Part shown: piece after piece, positions 1 through 12,992 of the stretch
How positions within the stretch are numbered: position 1 is the stretch's first letter
Layout of the letters: each line of letters opens with the position of its first letter
Origin: Octopus sinensis
Lineage: Eukaryota
Length of the DNA stretch: 64,000 bases
Assembly: GCF_006345805.1 (NCBI RefSeq)
Contig: NC_043000.1
Span: forward strand, 75,020,001-75,084,000
Direction: 5' to 3'
The notes under the pieces: model-generated
Database searches by the model: none
What the model was told of the DNA's origin: nothing
What the model saw: only the letters and a program-made list of their open reading frames with translations
Program-made: the position numbers and the translations under genes

Positions 1-337
1 AAATTTACATTTATATCATTAATAATTGATGCATTTGGTTTTGTGAGTAAATGCCTAAAATGACAGTCTGGAAAAGTCAGGATTTTCAAAATAAAAGAAA
101 TCAACCATTTAATATGCACATTACAAATTCAATCTGTGAGTGAAACAGTAAAAATATGCAAGACTTTTCTCAAGTTCACAATGTGAATATGTTTATCTAC
201 ATTCCAACAATAGAGTTTTGTAGCTTTGTTAGAAACCACTTTATTTAAAAATAGAAGAGAACATACATACATACACTACACATGTGCTCACAAACATACA
301 CACAATTATGAAGTGAGGTTGTTAATGTACTTTTCAG

Positions 338-404
338 AAAAAACAAAGAGTGCTCTATGCATAATTTTTGTGAAAGAATGCGAAGGCTGCATTGATCAAC
401 AGCT
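338..404 (+). CDS. Candidate upstream coding exon of the host gene (KTKSALCIIFVKECEGCIDQQL)
   Basis: Acceptor ttttcag| and donor CT|gtaagt; one open frame. It ends in phase 2, and I could not find a convincing exon linking it to the phase-0 exon at 1505. Confidence 0.4.
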
Positions 405-1504
405 GTAAGTTCAATCATCTTAACATAAAAAAAAGATATAAAGAAAAATGTATTGCCATCATCATCATCGTCTGCATCTTGTTTGCATGAGATGGTTGGG
501 CCTCTCCAACACAGCATCTCATCATTTGTTGCATTCCTTTGTCAACTTCTATGTTTATGCATGGTTATGTGTCATCAGTTATAAACACTGAATCAGTTAT
601 TCATAGTCCACTAAGAACTTGTCAATCTGGATTTAATTAAGCAATGATGATTAAAACAAAGTTGTGCACATTTACATTCTACCAGTATACGAAGTTTTAA
701 AGTGTTTAGTTAACTAGAAATTGTCTGCTGTTCAAAAGGAAAAGATCCCATATTTACATTCAGATGTTAAAAGTGACTCTCTTGAAGAAGAAATTCTCCT
801 TATAGACAGTATGTGTGTGAAAATATATTGTACTTGGCATGTAGTCTATTAGGAGAATTTATTCTTCAAGACAGTAACCACAGCAAAGGTCTTATGATGT
901 TTCAGTGCATATGAACATTTTAAATATAAAGGTACACAGCTTTTCATTGACCACTCACCCCCACTGTGCCACCATACTATCTTGCCTCCCCCACCAACAT
1001 ATGTCTCGTCCACCTCATGCACTATGTATGTCTTACTCTTCCCATCCACTTCTGCAACCTACTCAACAGCATGTAATCTCTCTCTCACTCTCTCTTTTCC
1101 TGTTTACTCTATCATCATTACTATGCTTCTGCAAATATCCTTTATTTCCCCACTCACTCCTGACCCCACTCAATGGGCAAGCAAGCTACCAATTGGCTGG
1201 CTGGCTTCTGCACAGTTTTCATATGCCAATGTCACTTGCAAGGTACTAGTCAGTCTTGTTCTATAGTTAATGTGCCATGTAGGGAGACTGAACCCAAAAC
1301 CATTTGATTATAAAGTGAATTTTTTAATCTGTAGTCTTGCTTGTACTTGTTAATGTAAGATAAACACAGATTACATACCTGAACTGTGGTTTCATTTGAT
1401 CGGTTCTTTGATCAACCACACATATCAGTGTGTTGAAAAGCATATATAATATTTTCAAATGCATGAGTAAGAGTTATAATAATGAAGGTTGCTTTTAATT
1501 GTAG

Positions 1505-1562
1505 AGCCTCCCTAATGTGCTTGCCCGGCAGAAAAGGCGCCAGAAGCAATCTTTATCCTGTT
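1505..1562 (+). CDS. Host gene exon A (SLPNVLARQKRRQKQSLSC)
   Basis: Acceptor aattgtag|, donor |gtaagt; 58 nt, phase 0 to 1; joins in frame to exon B. Confidence 0.65.
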
Positions 1563-2189
1563 GTAAGTATTTCTCTTTTACAGTGCATATTATTTAAAGT
1601 TCTAGATTAGTATAACATGGATAACTAAGACTGCATGCCTATTAATATATACAGTTCTGTGTCTCACTGTTCAACATTCATACAGTGAGACATAGAACTG
1701 TATATACTAATAAGCTTGCTGTAATTGATAAAATAAAATCCCTATAAGATATTAGCTATATTTTTTCCTACTTTGAAACATTGTCCTTGTAACTAAGCTG
1801 AAATAATTATTGTCTTTTGGCTGCAACATGTAATGAAATGTGTTGGAGAATGCTTGTTCAACTTGTAGAAACATGGAAAAACAGACATACGATGAGGATG
1901 AGGATGAAGAATGTAATGATAATGATTATGATATTATCCTATTTTCTTTATTTCCTCCTCAAGTTTTCCTCTCCCTCCTACCAAACTTTACATGTACTTT
2001 ATGCTTTGCTGTGGTTTATGCTTAGCTCAGGCTAGGTTCTTAATAGTGTTTGTTGTTATGATCTGCTTCTGACTTCTCCAACACATTTATACTCATCACT
2101 CGTCTTAAGTGTTTTGATTTGTGTGCAGTGTCAATATTCAGTTATAGGATTTAGCATTTGATTTCATATATTAATACTATATTTACTAA

Positions 2190-2400
2190 GAAGGCAGTGA
2201 GGTGGCAAAATTGTTAGCATGGTGGAAAAAATGCTTAGCTGCATTTCATCAGTCTTTTCATTCTGAGTTCAAATTCTGCCAAAGCCGACTTTGCTTTTCA
2301 TCCTTTCAAGATCCATAAACTAAGTACCAGTTGAACATTAGGGTCAGTGTAATCAACTTACCTCTCCCCTTAAATTGCTGGCCTTGTGCCAAAATTTTAA
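2190..2400 (+). mobile_element. Degenerate tRNA-derived SINE, family B
   Basis: Diverged copy of the 28118 and 60834 elements (gagttcaaattctgcc B box; ctttgcttttcatcctttc...taagtaccagtt core). Confidence 0.7.
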
Positions 2401-3494
2401 ATCAATATTGTATTTACCAATGACTTTTTAATCTTAGATTATTTTAATCACTGTAAAAGCTTTATCTTAAAATCTCAATTTCTCCCTTGAATAAATATGT
2501 ATTCTACATACCTCTACTATATGAAATGTGCTCCTGTTACTGATGATACATGTGCTGAGGTACCATTAATATATGTGTCCTATTGGTCCTTGTTTTACTT
2601 TTCATACTACAATGTTTATTTTCAATAAATTCTTTCATATTACAGAATGTATCATAGTTATTGTTTTATACTTATTTCAAAACAAATGAATCTTATCATT
2701 GATCTACTTAAAATAAACTTGAATCATATCACACTCTTCTACCTGAATTTGTTCTCTACTCTCAAGTTCAGACCTTTGTGTACCTTCTGGCTCAGGCTTG
2801 CTTTCTTTACACTCTAGATAAAGGACTAATTCAACGTTAGTAACATTTAGAGTTTCAAAACTACTTATGTATTTTTTATTAATTTAAATAATTTAAATTG
2901 ATCTAAAATACTATCTTGATTTTCCAAAATAGCAATTAAAAGTAAATTCTCAGTATGTTCAGTCTGTAACACATTTTAGCTCCTAATTAGAAACATTTTA
3001 CTCTCTTATTTTGCTAATGCATGAATGTTTGGGCTTCCCATTTTTATTCGCATTTTATTCCTATGTAAGAAACAATTACTCAAAAAGATTACAATCAATA
3101 GGAAGATTAGATTTGCTTCCCTTAATTAAGTACAAAGTCTAAAGAAATATTATGCTGTATGAGAGAATATGTATCTATATATATAATGCTCAGTTTCATC
3201 ATCATTATCATCATTGCTTAACATCGGTCTTAAACAATGATGATGATGATGATGAAACTGAGCATATATACTTTTCTTTTTTGGTAACACTCAGCTGTTT
3301 GAAGAAGGAGGAAAGGAAACAAGACAGGGGGAAGAGAGAAAATATCATATACACATGAATACTAACTCAGGCATACTAATGCAAATTTGTATATATATAC
3401 ACACACATGCATGCATATATAGTACAAGTGATTATGACATAACAATAGAAATTGAAAGTTTAATCATATTCATTTTTTGTGTTCTCTATTTATA

Positions 3495-4255
3495 TCATCA
3501 TTATCATAATTATTTAGCATCTGCTTTCCATGCTGGTATGGGTTAGATGGTTTGACTGAAACTGGTAAGCTGGAGGGCTAGTTTGATATGGTTTCTATGG
3601 CTGGATGCCCTTCCTAATGACAACTGTTCCAAGAGAGTAATGGGTGCAGGAAAAGGCGCAGGAGTGGCTGTGTGGTAAGTAGCTTGCTAACCAACCACAT
3701 GGTTCCGGGTTCAGTCCCACTGCATGGTATCTTGGGCAAGTGTCTTCTGCTATAGCCCCGGGCTGACCAAAGCCTTGTGAGTGGATTTGGTAGACGGAAA
3801 CTGAAAGAAGCCTGTCGTATATATGTATATACATATATATGTATGCGTGTGTGTTTGTGTGTCTGTGTTTGTCCCCCTAGCATTGCTTGACAACCGATGC
3901 TGGTGTGTTTACATCCCCGTCACTTAGCGGTTCGGCAAAAGAGACCGATAGAATAAGTACTGGGCTTACAAAGAATAAGTCCCGGAGTCGATTTGCTTGA
4001 CTAAAGGCGGTGCTCCAGCATGACCGCAGTCAAATGACTGAAACAAGTAAAAGAGAGACTAAAAGAGAGAGTAAAGAGGTGCTTTTTGTGTGCCACCGGC
4101 ACAGGTGCATGTTACATGACACTGGCATCGATCTTGACTACAATTTCACTTGGCTGCACAGGTCTCCTCAAGCACAGCATATTACCAAAGGTCTCAGTCA
4201 CTTATCATTGCTTCTGTGAGGTGCAATGTTCAAAGGGTGCTTTTTATATGCCACC
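3495..4255 (-). mobile_element. Old RTE 3'-end remnant split by a family A SINE
   Basis: The RTE tail motif gctggatgcccttcctaa (3600-3617) continues after the SINE with gtgctttttgtgtgccaccggcac (about 4078-4101). Confidence 0.6.
3655..4075 (+). mobile_element. tRNA-derived SINE, family A (about 400 bp, internal AT/GT microsatellite)
   Basis: tRNA-like head (tggtaagtag A box, gggttcagtccc B box); central gtgagtggatttggtagacggaaactgaaag block (Deu/Nin-like from memory, unverified); several near-identical copies in the window. Confidence 0.85.
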
Positions 4256-4821
4256 AGCAAAGAAAATCTATTTTCAATCAAACATGCACATATATAGACA
4301 CACATATGCACACAAATGTATGGATGTGAATAATAATTATTATATATATTTGTAGCTTTTGCAGGGAATGTGTTATATATGTTGTAAATGTGCAACTTTT
4401 GCATAAACTAAACCTTCTGCCCCTTAACCCATTTGCAAGTTCATGTACCCATGTATGAATATGTATATATTTTGGTAGTTTTGAATACATATACAACATT
4501 TATGAAATTATGTAGAGTGTTTATTGTAGAAAACAGCAATGTAGAATAGCGAATGAATCATTAATTACAACATATTGTACATATTAACAGTAATCAAATC
4601 TGTGTAATATTTGGTGAGTGATAAATATAATTTTCTCAGTTTCTTGTTATTTTGGCATTTTTATTTACATCCTCATTCTCTCACTAGCAACTTTCATCAT
4701 GTACACTTTTCAACAATAGCTCCATCATTATTGATGACATGCGGGTATATCTATAATTTATTGATGATAGTAAACATTTCAAAACTTTGCATTATGATAT
4801 AAACCAACTACTCGCTTGTAG

Positions 4822-4910
4822 CACTGGAACGTCATGAATGTCGAGTAGAACTTAAACAACCATCAAAGTTAGCTGAATCATATGACATCCGCAGTGAACC
4901 AAGATCAGTT
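4822..4910 (+). CDS. Host gene exon B (LERHECRVELKQPSKLAESYDIRSEPRSV)
   Basis: Acceptor cttgtag|, donor |gtgagt; 89 nt, phase 1 to 0; open frame continuous with exons A and C. Confidence 0.75.
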
Positions 4911-4999
4911 GTGAGTATTAAATTTTGTTTTGCATGACATGTAAAAAATAATAGTTGTTTTTCAATTGCTTAAAAACAAAAATCAAATATTACAATGGA

Positions 5000-5710
5000 C
5001 CACAAATACTCATAATACTATTGCTTTATATAGACACTGAAGTGTCAAATAAATAATGTTCCTGTGGATAAGACATCAGTATATCACATTACATTCTCAA
5101 GTGATCTAGAAATTATATAAGTGGAAGCATATAGAATTTAGTCTCTTACTCAGGACCAGTGATTCACCAGCAACAAATATGATCTCACAACTCACAAAGC
5201 TGTACAATTTCTACACTACCATATTTCATCTATGATATCACTTTAATTATGAATAGAAAATCTATGGAAAGACTTAGTGGGCTGTAGAATTTGAGTTGGT
5301 TGGATCAGCATATATAGAATGATATATATTTTGATTTGTAATAATGATAGTAATCTTAAGTTTAAGAAGGTTGATTACTAAACTCATGTTCATCAGTTCA
5401 AATCTTGTTTTAACCATTTTTATGTACCCATAGACAATTAACATTAATCTGCATACTTCAGCTTGCCTAACTGACAATACTTTATGGTTGAGTATTTACA
5501 AGTAGAATGAGCATATAACAGTAATATATATAAAGGTGTATTAAATATCACATATTATTAATTATTGATTTATTGAAATTATCTTCTACAAATAACAAAG
5601 AAATGCCTGACAGCAGTTGTAACTGACTCAGAATTAGAAGGGGACATGATCTCAAGAATCAAGAATTCTTTAGAATTTACAAAACACTGTTTTTCTCTGG
5701 AGACAACAGG
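5000..5710 (+). mobile_element. Highly degenerate Penelope-like RT remnant
   Basis: Stop-riddled frames give WAVEFELVGSAYI, resembling the GAEICELVGLYI motif of PLE RTs. Confidence 0.3.
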
Positions 5711-7304
5711 GTGATTGTGAATACATGCTTCTGCATCTATAAGCTTCATCAGACTGCTTTTTCTTTGTTAATTGCATGGAATTCTTGAGATTCAGCATCA
5801 TCATGATATTATTTCCCCTTCTTACTCTGATCATTTTTATATAGTATTCAATATAACATATTCACATTGATAAAAGCCATATTCATGCTAATATGAATAG
5901 TGGAGGTAAACACTGCAAATGATTATTATTATTATATAACCGTTCAATATTTGGCAAGATTGAGGCAAATTTCTACTGCATCATCTACTACATCTTTGTG
6001 TTGCTGGGATGTGTATAGCATTGTATGTTCTTTTCTGCTGTTGGGAGTGTGCAGACTCTTCCCAATACTGTATTGTGTTAGTCTTTTTGTTTTTGTTTTT
6101 TCTCTTGAGGTGTGGTGCAGTCTTGTTGTGTTACAGCTTGTATTGTGTGTTGAGTGTGAAATGCTTTAATTTTCTGGCTTGCTAGTGGAAGTTTATTTCA
6201 CTGGGTAAAAGTCTGTCTTGTATTTGTGGGTTGTTTTGTTTTGGTTGTATTATTTGCTTTATAGTGTCTTGCATAGGATGTGGGCTGTTCCTAGCAGGAC
6301 TATTTTTGGGACAGTGTGTAGTGTTGAGGATCCAGGTATAGGCTCTACGTTTTTGTTCATATGTTTTTTATCATGCCCATTGTGCCAATTATTATTGTTT
6401 TTACCTTCATGCTCCACATTTTGAATACTTCAATTTTGAGGTCTTTGTACTTTGACAATTTTTCCGCTTCTTTTTTGACAATATTTTGATCAGAAGGGAC
6501 TGCAATATCTATCAGTAAGCTGGTGTTTTTTTCCCCAATCCTTGACTATTATGTCTGGGTGATTAGCTTTTATATCTTCGTTGGTTTGAACAGGCATATC
6601 CCAGATGATTGTGGTCTGGTCATTGTCTTGTACCTTGCTTGGCACATGCTTATGCCAGCTGTTATCAGTTTTGATGTTGGCATATTGTCCAATGGATATA
6701 ACTGCTTACTTTGTTGTGTCTGTATATATATTCAGACTTGGTAAGGACTAAGCAGCCTGAGATGACGTAGTCAACTGTCTCATTATACTAGTTGCACATT
6801 GAGGCCTGTTTTCATTATTTTGTTTATATAATTTTGTAGTCAGGCATTGGTCTTGTGCAGCAAGAATCAGTCCTTCCGTTTTGGCTTTTAGTCCAGAGCT
6901 TTTGAGCCATTGTTGGCTTTTATTTAGGCTCACTTCCTCTCTGTCAAACCTTGCAGGTTATTGGCCATGAAGTGATTTTTCTCTCCATTTCTTGTTCAGT
7001 ATCTTTTGTAATTCAGTTTTCATGTTTTTTGTCTCTTTGACCATTATGCTATGTTGACATCTGAGGTCAAGTGTAGTTTGTTTCTGTATTTTGTCGCCTC
7101 CTTGTGTATAGAGAAAAGCATTTTCTTTTTCTCATGTTGCTTTACTACATGCAGTAGTCTTCCACTCTTTGTTTCTAAGTATTTTGCTAGTCCAACTGTT
7201 GTGATTTTACTGTAAGTCTCTATCTATATCAGGCCATAGCCTCCTTCTGAGCAGGATAGATATATTCTGTCTGTGTCTGCTTTGGGGTGATGACTTCAGC
7301 ACAC

Positions 7305-7451
7305 TGTTAGTACATTATTTACATTTGAGGGATATTTGTCCTCATCTTGTTTGTTGTTAACACATTTCGGCTGATGTACTCTCCAGCCTTCATCAGGTGT
7401 CCTGGGGAATTTCAAATGAGGGTTCTCATTCCTAAGGTATTTTCACAATAC

Positions 7452-7514
<63 letters not shown>

Positions 7515-7605
7515 CATTCAAGTCACTGCCTGGAATCAAACTCGGAATCTTGGGGTTAGTAGCCTATGCTCTTAACCACTATGACATATGCCCGTGGGCA
7601 ATTAA
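7305..7605 (-). mobile_element. tRNA-headed SINE with internal (AAT)n and a hammerhead-like motif
   Basis: A box TAGTGGTTAAG (7571-7581), B box GAGTTTGATTCC (7532-7543), (AAT)n 7452-7513, then CTGATGA-A-GGCTG..CAGCC-GAAA at 7360-7402. Confidence 0.65.
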
Positions 7606-8747
7606 GGAGGCTTATAAATCTAATATTTTCCTATCCTTCCTTAATACTAGTTCCCATATGCTGCTCATATCTGCACTAGGTCTGCTTAGGAGGTTATTAT
7701 GTCCTAGCAAATATCCATCAAATGTAAATAATGTACATAATTCCTCATCTCTCAAATACAGAACTGTAACACTGTTAGTAGTTTTCTGATTCTTCTATCT
7801 AGGTTTCTCGATTCACTGATCTTCCAGTTTATTATGTTAATGCTGTAATTTATAATAGGTATGGCTAGTGTGTTTATCTCTATTATCTTATTTTTAGCAT
7901 TAAGTTCAGTGCTTAATATTAGTCTAACTCTTTTGTAATACCCCCTCCTAATTTTTTCTTTCATTCTGTGTGTTGTATTGTAGCTGTTTCATCTGTTCCT
8001 AGATATTTGTACAAGCAGTTGTAGTCTAAATATCTACTTTCTGTGTTTATGCTGAGTGCAGTGTTTTCAGTGCTGAATAATTTGCCTCTTCTCAGTGTGA
8101 CACTGGCAAATTTGTCCAACCCCATGGTCATTCCAATGTCATTGCTGAGACTCTGGACAATTTTGATAAGGTTTCTCTGTTCCGTGGTGCTTTTAGCAAA
8201 AAGTTTTATGTCATCCATGTACAGGAGATGGCTTATTTTTTGTCCATAACACCTATAACCCATGGTGGTTTCATTTAACAAGTTTGTTAGCAGAATCAGA
8301 GAAAGGCAGAAAAGCAGGGGTAACTGAATCTCCCAGGAAAATCCTCCTTCTTATGGGTATAGGGTAGGTTTTAATAACTTGTGAGTTATTTTTTAATGTT
8401 ATACTGGTTTTCCAGTTTGCCATATTTAATATACTTTAGTAATGGTGGAGTTAACTTATTTGTGTGGAGAGATTCCAGCATCCATGAGTTTGGAACACTG
8501 TCAAATGATTTCTGGCAATCAATCCAAGTCATGTTCAGGTTTGTCTTTCTCCTCTTACAGTCCTATGTAATGGCTCAGTTTACTAGAAGTTGCTCCTTAC
8601 AGCCATACATCCCTCTCCAGCACCATTGTAGTTTTCTAGGTGCTTTATAGGCCAGTTATAGATGACTGATGTTAGGGTTTTGTAGGATGTTGATAAGCAT
8701 GTTATTGGTCTGCAATTTTGTGGGTGTACAGTGTTTTTGTTATTGGC

Positions 8748-11700
8748 ATGGTTTGTGAATATCATAAACTCCCTTCCTTCTAGGAAATGACAAAAATGCT
8801 TCCCCACAAAATAAATAGCAAGTAATTCTCTTCCAAACATGCTATAGCGCATCCCAGCAGGCTTGAGATGATGGCAATAAAATGCCAGCAGTTGCAGAAT
8901 TCCTTGGTCAGCTTGCTGTAATATGGCACCCACAGCTGTATCTGATGCATTTACCACAAGCAAAAGCTTTGCATTGGATTTTAGGTGTACTAACATTGAA
9001 ACATTAGCCAGGGCTTGTTTAACAGTTTGAAAATCAGCAACAAGTGATGGGGAAAGGGTGATAACTTCATTCCTCTTCTTCCAATCTTTCAGCAATGCTG
9101 TAAGTGAACTCAATTTCTCCACACAATTTGGAATGAATCCATGATAAAAATTCGCCAAACTGAGGAAATGGTGAAGCTGCTTAAGAGAAGATGGAGAAGG
9201 AAGCTTCTGAATAGTTTGTACTTTCTCTGGGAGAGGACGAATTCCATTATATGGTCTAAGAATTCCAGCAATGCAGAACCAAACACACTCTTTGCTGGGT
9301 TGATTTTGACTTGATAATTTACATAAATGCTGAAAAAAGTAGTGTTAGATGCTGGATATGTTCTTCCTTTGTAGAACTTGTGATGAATAAATCATCAGTA
9401 TAAGCATAGACGAAGTTGTGACCATAAATGACTTTGTCTATAAACCTTTGAAAGGTGCTAGTGGTATTCCACAATCCAAAAGATATTGAAAGGAATTCAA
9501 ATGAACTAAAAGGAGTAGTAAGTGCAGTCTTTGGTATATCGTCTGGATTTAAAGGAATCTGGTGATATGCCTGGACAAGATCAACCTTAATAAAGACAGT
9601 ACTACCAAGCAAGGTAGCAAGAAAAGTCCTGCAAGTGTGAAAAGGGTATCTGTCCAGGGTCGTAATAGCATTTAATCTATGATAATCCCCAACTGGCTGG
9701 AAATCCATAACTTCTTTGCAAACCAAAGAAGGATGAATAAGCCCCAACTGGAGCATGTGGTTGAATTCTGCTTTTGCAGCCTTGAGTTTATCAGGAGGAA
9801 GATGGCGGGGATAAGCAAACACTGGTGAACCATTGGTGTTGATAAGATGCCTCATAGAATGAACAGGATCAGTGACTGGGAAAGTTAAATTGGTAAGCTC
9901 CAGGAAAGAGTCAAGAAGTGAATGGTAGGTATCACCAGATACAACACTAAAAAGTACCAGGCTTACAACAAGAGCAAATGCTGGACAACCAGAAACTGAT
10001 AACTCCATTAGGCTATCCAACAAATGCTGTTGGTGAACATCCATCAACAGTGAGAAGTGGTGGAAGAAATCTGCCCAGAGATTAGGATAGGGTAGATCAG
10101 CAATCACAAAACATCTATCCAAGGAGAGAGATATCTGCCCAAATGTGTCAATAGAAGAATTGTTGACAACTTGCTGAGAAATTCGAGAGAGAACAGACTT
10201 ATCTGTTACAAACTTTACCGGCCAGATGCTACATGAAGTACCAGTGTCAACCATAAAATTCTTATGCAAGTTGGGGTCCAGCACAAAAAAATGCATGATT
10301 AGGGGCTGACGTAGTGGGAGCTGCTGACATGCTCAGTGTCTCCCTAGCTAGATTTCTTGACTTGAGGATGAACATGGTGACACACACTTGTGTGCTTTTG
10401 TGCCAAAATGTGCATGATACAAGTATACAGTCCTTGACGAAGAAGGAGAGGAATAACAACGACGACTGAATGAACGGATATGACACCAGAACTCTCGAGG
10501 TACACACATCTTTTCAATCTGTCTCGTAAATTGCTGAATTGCTTCCATAGTCGCATGCATGATTAGAAATAAGATCAACAGTAACTATATTAGACAATGC
10601 AGAAATGACTTCAGTGGAAGAGGTTTAGTTTCCAGAAAATTCCATTATTTTGTCAGCTGAAGTGGCTATCTGATCTGCAGTGCTGACTTCAACCATAGGA
10701 GCTAAGATGGCCTGGACATTCTGCAGGAAACATAAGAAGAATAACTGTTTTAGGAGAGAGCTGTCTTCAGGAGACACGTCTGAGGTTGCGAATGCGACAA
10801 GGAAATTCTGTGAGCTTTCTGTCACCCAAATGCTCATAGTTTACAAGGGTCTGGAAGCGGCGCTCAACTGAAAAGGATGTCCTGCAAAAAAACCTCTTGT
10901 TTGATTGAGGAATAAGTTGCATCCTTTGGCATATCTGTTATCAAATCTTTCAAATGAGTAGCCAAGGCAGAAGGAAACACACTAAGCAAAATGTCAAGTT
11001 GCTGTTGAGCTGACTGGATATTATTCACAACAAAGTATGCCTCTTCTTGCGCGAAGTACAAAGGAACATCTCCACAAAAGAGCGGGAAGGAAGAATGCTG
11101 CCTGTTGCTGTCAAGAAATGTAGACGAATAGAAAAATATCAGCATGAAAATCAATAGACTACCCAGGAAATTGAAGAAGCGAGGCTAGGTGAAGAGGAGG
11201 AAAGCGAAGCTATAGAGTACTAAACATGATGGTTGTAGCAGTAGCAGCAAGGAAGAACTTCACTATACTTGGTTGCTGGAGTCAGTGATGCTGTCACATC
11301 ACCCCCGTGAGAAGACGAAGAAGACAATACCATTCAAAAGTTGAAAAAATAACTCACAACTATATAACTTCGTTTGCTGTCCACTTAAGTTGTTAGGTAA
11401 ACTGACTGAAAAGATGTAGGGTAAGAAGAGACAGGAAAACGTTGACTTGACGCATAAAAACATTTTTTTCTTCTTTCGGCGTCACCATTTTAGTGAAGAG
11501 TCAAACATGAATCCAGTTTTGTTGTTTGTGTTATATTAAGCTGTGTATACATTGGCCTGACAAATAACAGTCTGTCAAAGTTTAGTTAACAAGTTTTTAT
11601 ATAACTGTGCTTTTACAAAAAGTGCATGTGAAATAGTAAAAGGTGTACAAACGTGGTTGTTTTATAGCTAGTGAAAATTAGTTGGTCAGTAGGTGGTTGG

Positions 11701-12049
11701 AGAATAAGCCAGTTAGCATTAATGGTTAAAGGTTCATCTTATGTGATTCATGCTGGAACAGAAGAGAGTAAGGAATGCACCAGCTACATAATGAGGTAAC
11801 TGTAATGGCTGAGAATAAAGCAAGCCAACCTCTCTGAGAGCCAGGAGTCAAGAGCTCAGTCCAATGAGAGTTGCACCAAATAAGATAAGAGAGACTAAAT
11901 GTCCGTCTTGAGTTTGTATATCTTTCCAGTAGAAATGCTATGTCGCAAAGACTGTTGGGAGTACAGTGCTCTCAAAGCACCAACTACCTACAACAGAATG
12001 AGGGGACATAACTCTGCTCTTTTCCTTTAATTATTATTTAACTATGACA
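8748..12049 (-). mobile_element. Mag-like Ty3/Gypsy element, 5' part only (LTR, PBS, gag, PR, RT, RNase H); integrase and 3' LTR absent
   Basis: Probable LTR about 11489-12049 starting TGTCAT; canonical PBS TGGTGACGCCGAAAG (about 11473-11487); gag FPLFCGDVPLYFAQEEAYF; PR VDTG; RT DLVQAYHQIP and YTDD; RH VVNASDTAVGAILQQ...YSMFGRELLAIY. Many stops and frameshifts. Confidence 0.8.
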
Positions 12050-12887
12050 ATGCTTGCTCATCCAGTTTGGTGTTGATTCTGGCTCACTTATCAATAAATT
12101 AAATACTGCTGCTAAGTTGTTAATGGGTGTTGGTGAGGTGTTTCAACCAAAAGTTGAGGACCTTGTCTATCCCTGGAGCTTTCCAGTTGCTGGTACTCCT
12201 CAGTGTGTCCATGATCTCTTGGCCTGTGATGGTGGACCATATCTGTTGTTCAATTGTGTTCCTATCCTTTTCCCTACTAATCGATGGAGCATTTTTGTTG
12301 TGTTTTTTGGTTTGTTCCAAATTGCTTCCCAGTATGACTAAATCGCTGATGTTGTTGGCATGGCATCTATTGATATAGTTTTTTTTGTTTGGCTTTCTAT
12401 AAAAACTTTTTATGTATATTTTGAATTCTCTATTTTATTGGAAGAAGCGTTCCCATTTTTCATGTGGCAAGTTTTTGCTGCTATACCCTGTTTAATTTTT
12501 TCTTTTACCTCCCAGGTATCTACTTTATTTTTTATGTTGCATTGTTTTGTTATATAAGCCTTTTTTTTAATTTTTCATAGTTGATCCCATTTTCTCTAAT
12601 TCACAAAGTAGTGATGTCTTTCTTTTGTTTATGAATTTTATTTATTATGATCTGTTTCCATTTTGGGCTTTGAGATTTGGTTGGGACTTTTTTTTTCCTT
12701 GTAAGGGTCCAGTTTCCCTGGATATCACTACAGCTGTTGAGTTGATCAAGTCATTTACTTTGTTGGTATCTAGTGTATCTTTTGATATGGCCATTATTAC
12801 TTGTAATGTTCTAAATTTTTTTTAGCATGGGGAGACGTTTATGCTGGTCTATATTTATTGACTGTATGATATGATGTTTAGTTCATT

Positions 12888-12937
<50 letters not shown>

Positions 12938-12940
12938 TTC

Positions 12941-12992
<52 letters not shown>

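Larger units (their letters stand above)
6170..12885 (-). mobile_element. R4/Dong-clade non-LTR retrotransposon (RT + restriction-like endonuclease), degenerate, with nested insertions
   Basis: NWKAPGIDKVLNFWLK (12120-12320), PQNCRPITCLSTSYK, HLLYMDDIKLFAK (7961-8281), TEGLILAAQDQ (6748-6933) and LLIDIAVPSDQNIVKKEAEKLSKYKDL (about 6440-6520). Interrupted by Gypsy (8748-12049) and a SINE (7305-7605). Confidence 0.8.

Noticed and set aside
686-808. Possible host exon (YEVLKCLVN*KLSAVQKEKIPYLHSDVKSDSLEEEILLID)
   Set aside because: There is an in-frame TAG or an incompatible phase with the 338-404 and 1505 exons; left unresolved rather than called.
1817-2035. Acidic ORF (DEDEDEECNDND) as a host exon
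   Set aside because: No acceptor/donor pair gives a phase 1-1 exon in that frame; the acidity comes from a GAT-rich low-complexity run.
5580-5710. Open frame YLLQITKK...FSLETTG as a host exon
   Set aside because: It cannot be spliced phase 0-0 between exons B and C; more likely part of a decayed PLE RT.
7522-7593. Functional tRNA gene
   Set aside because: The acceptor and T stems are degenerate and it runs into a SINE body; treated as a SINE head. The same applies to the family A and B heads.
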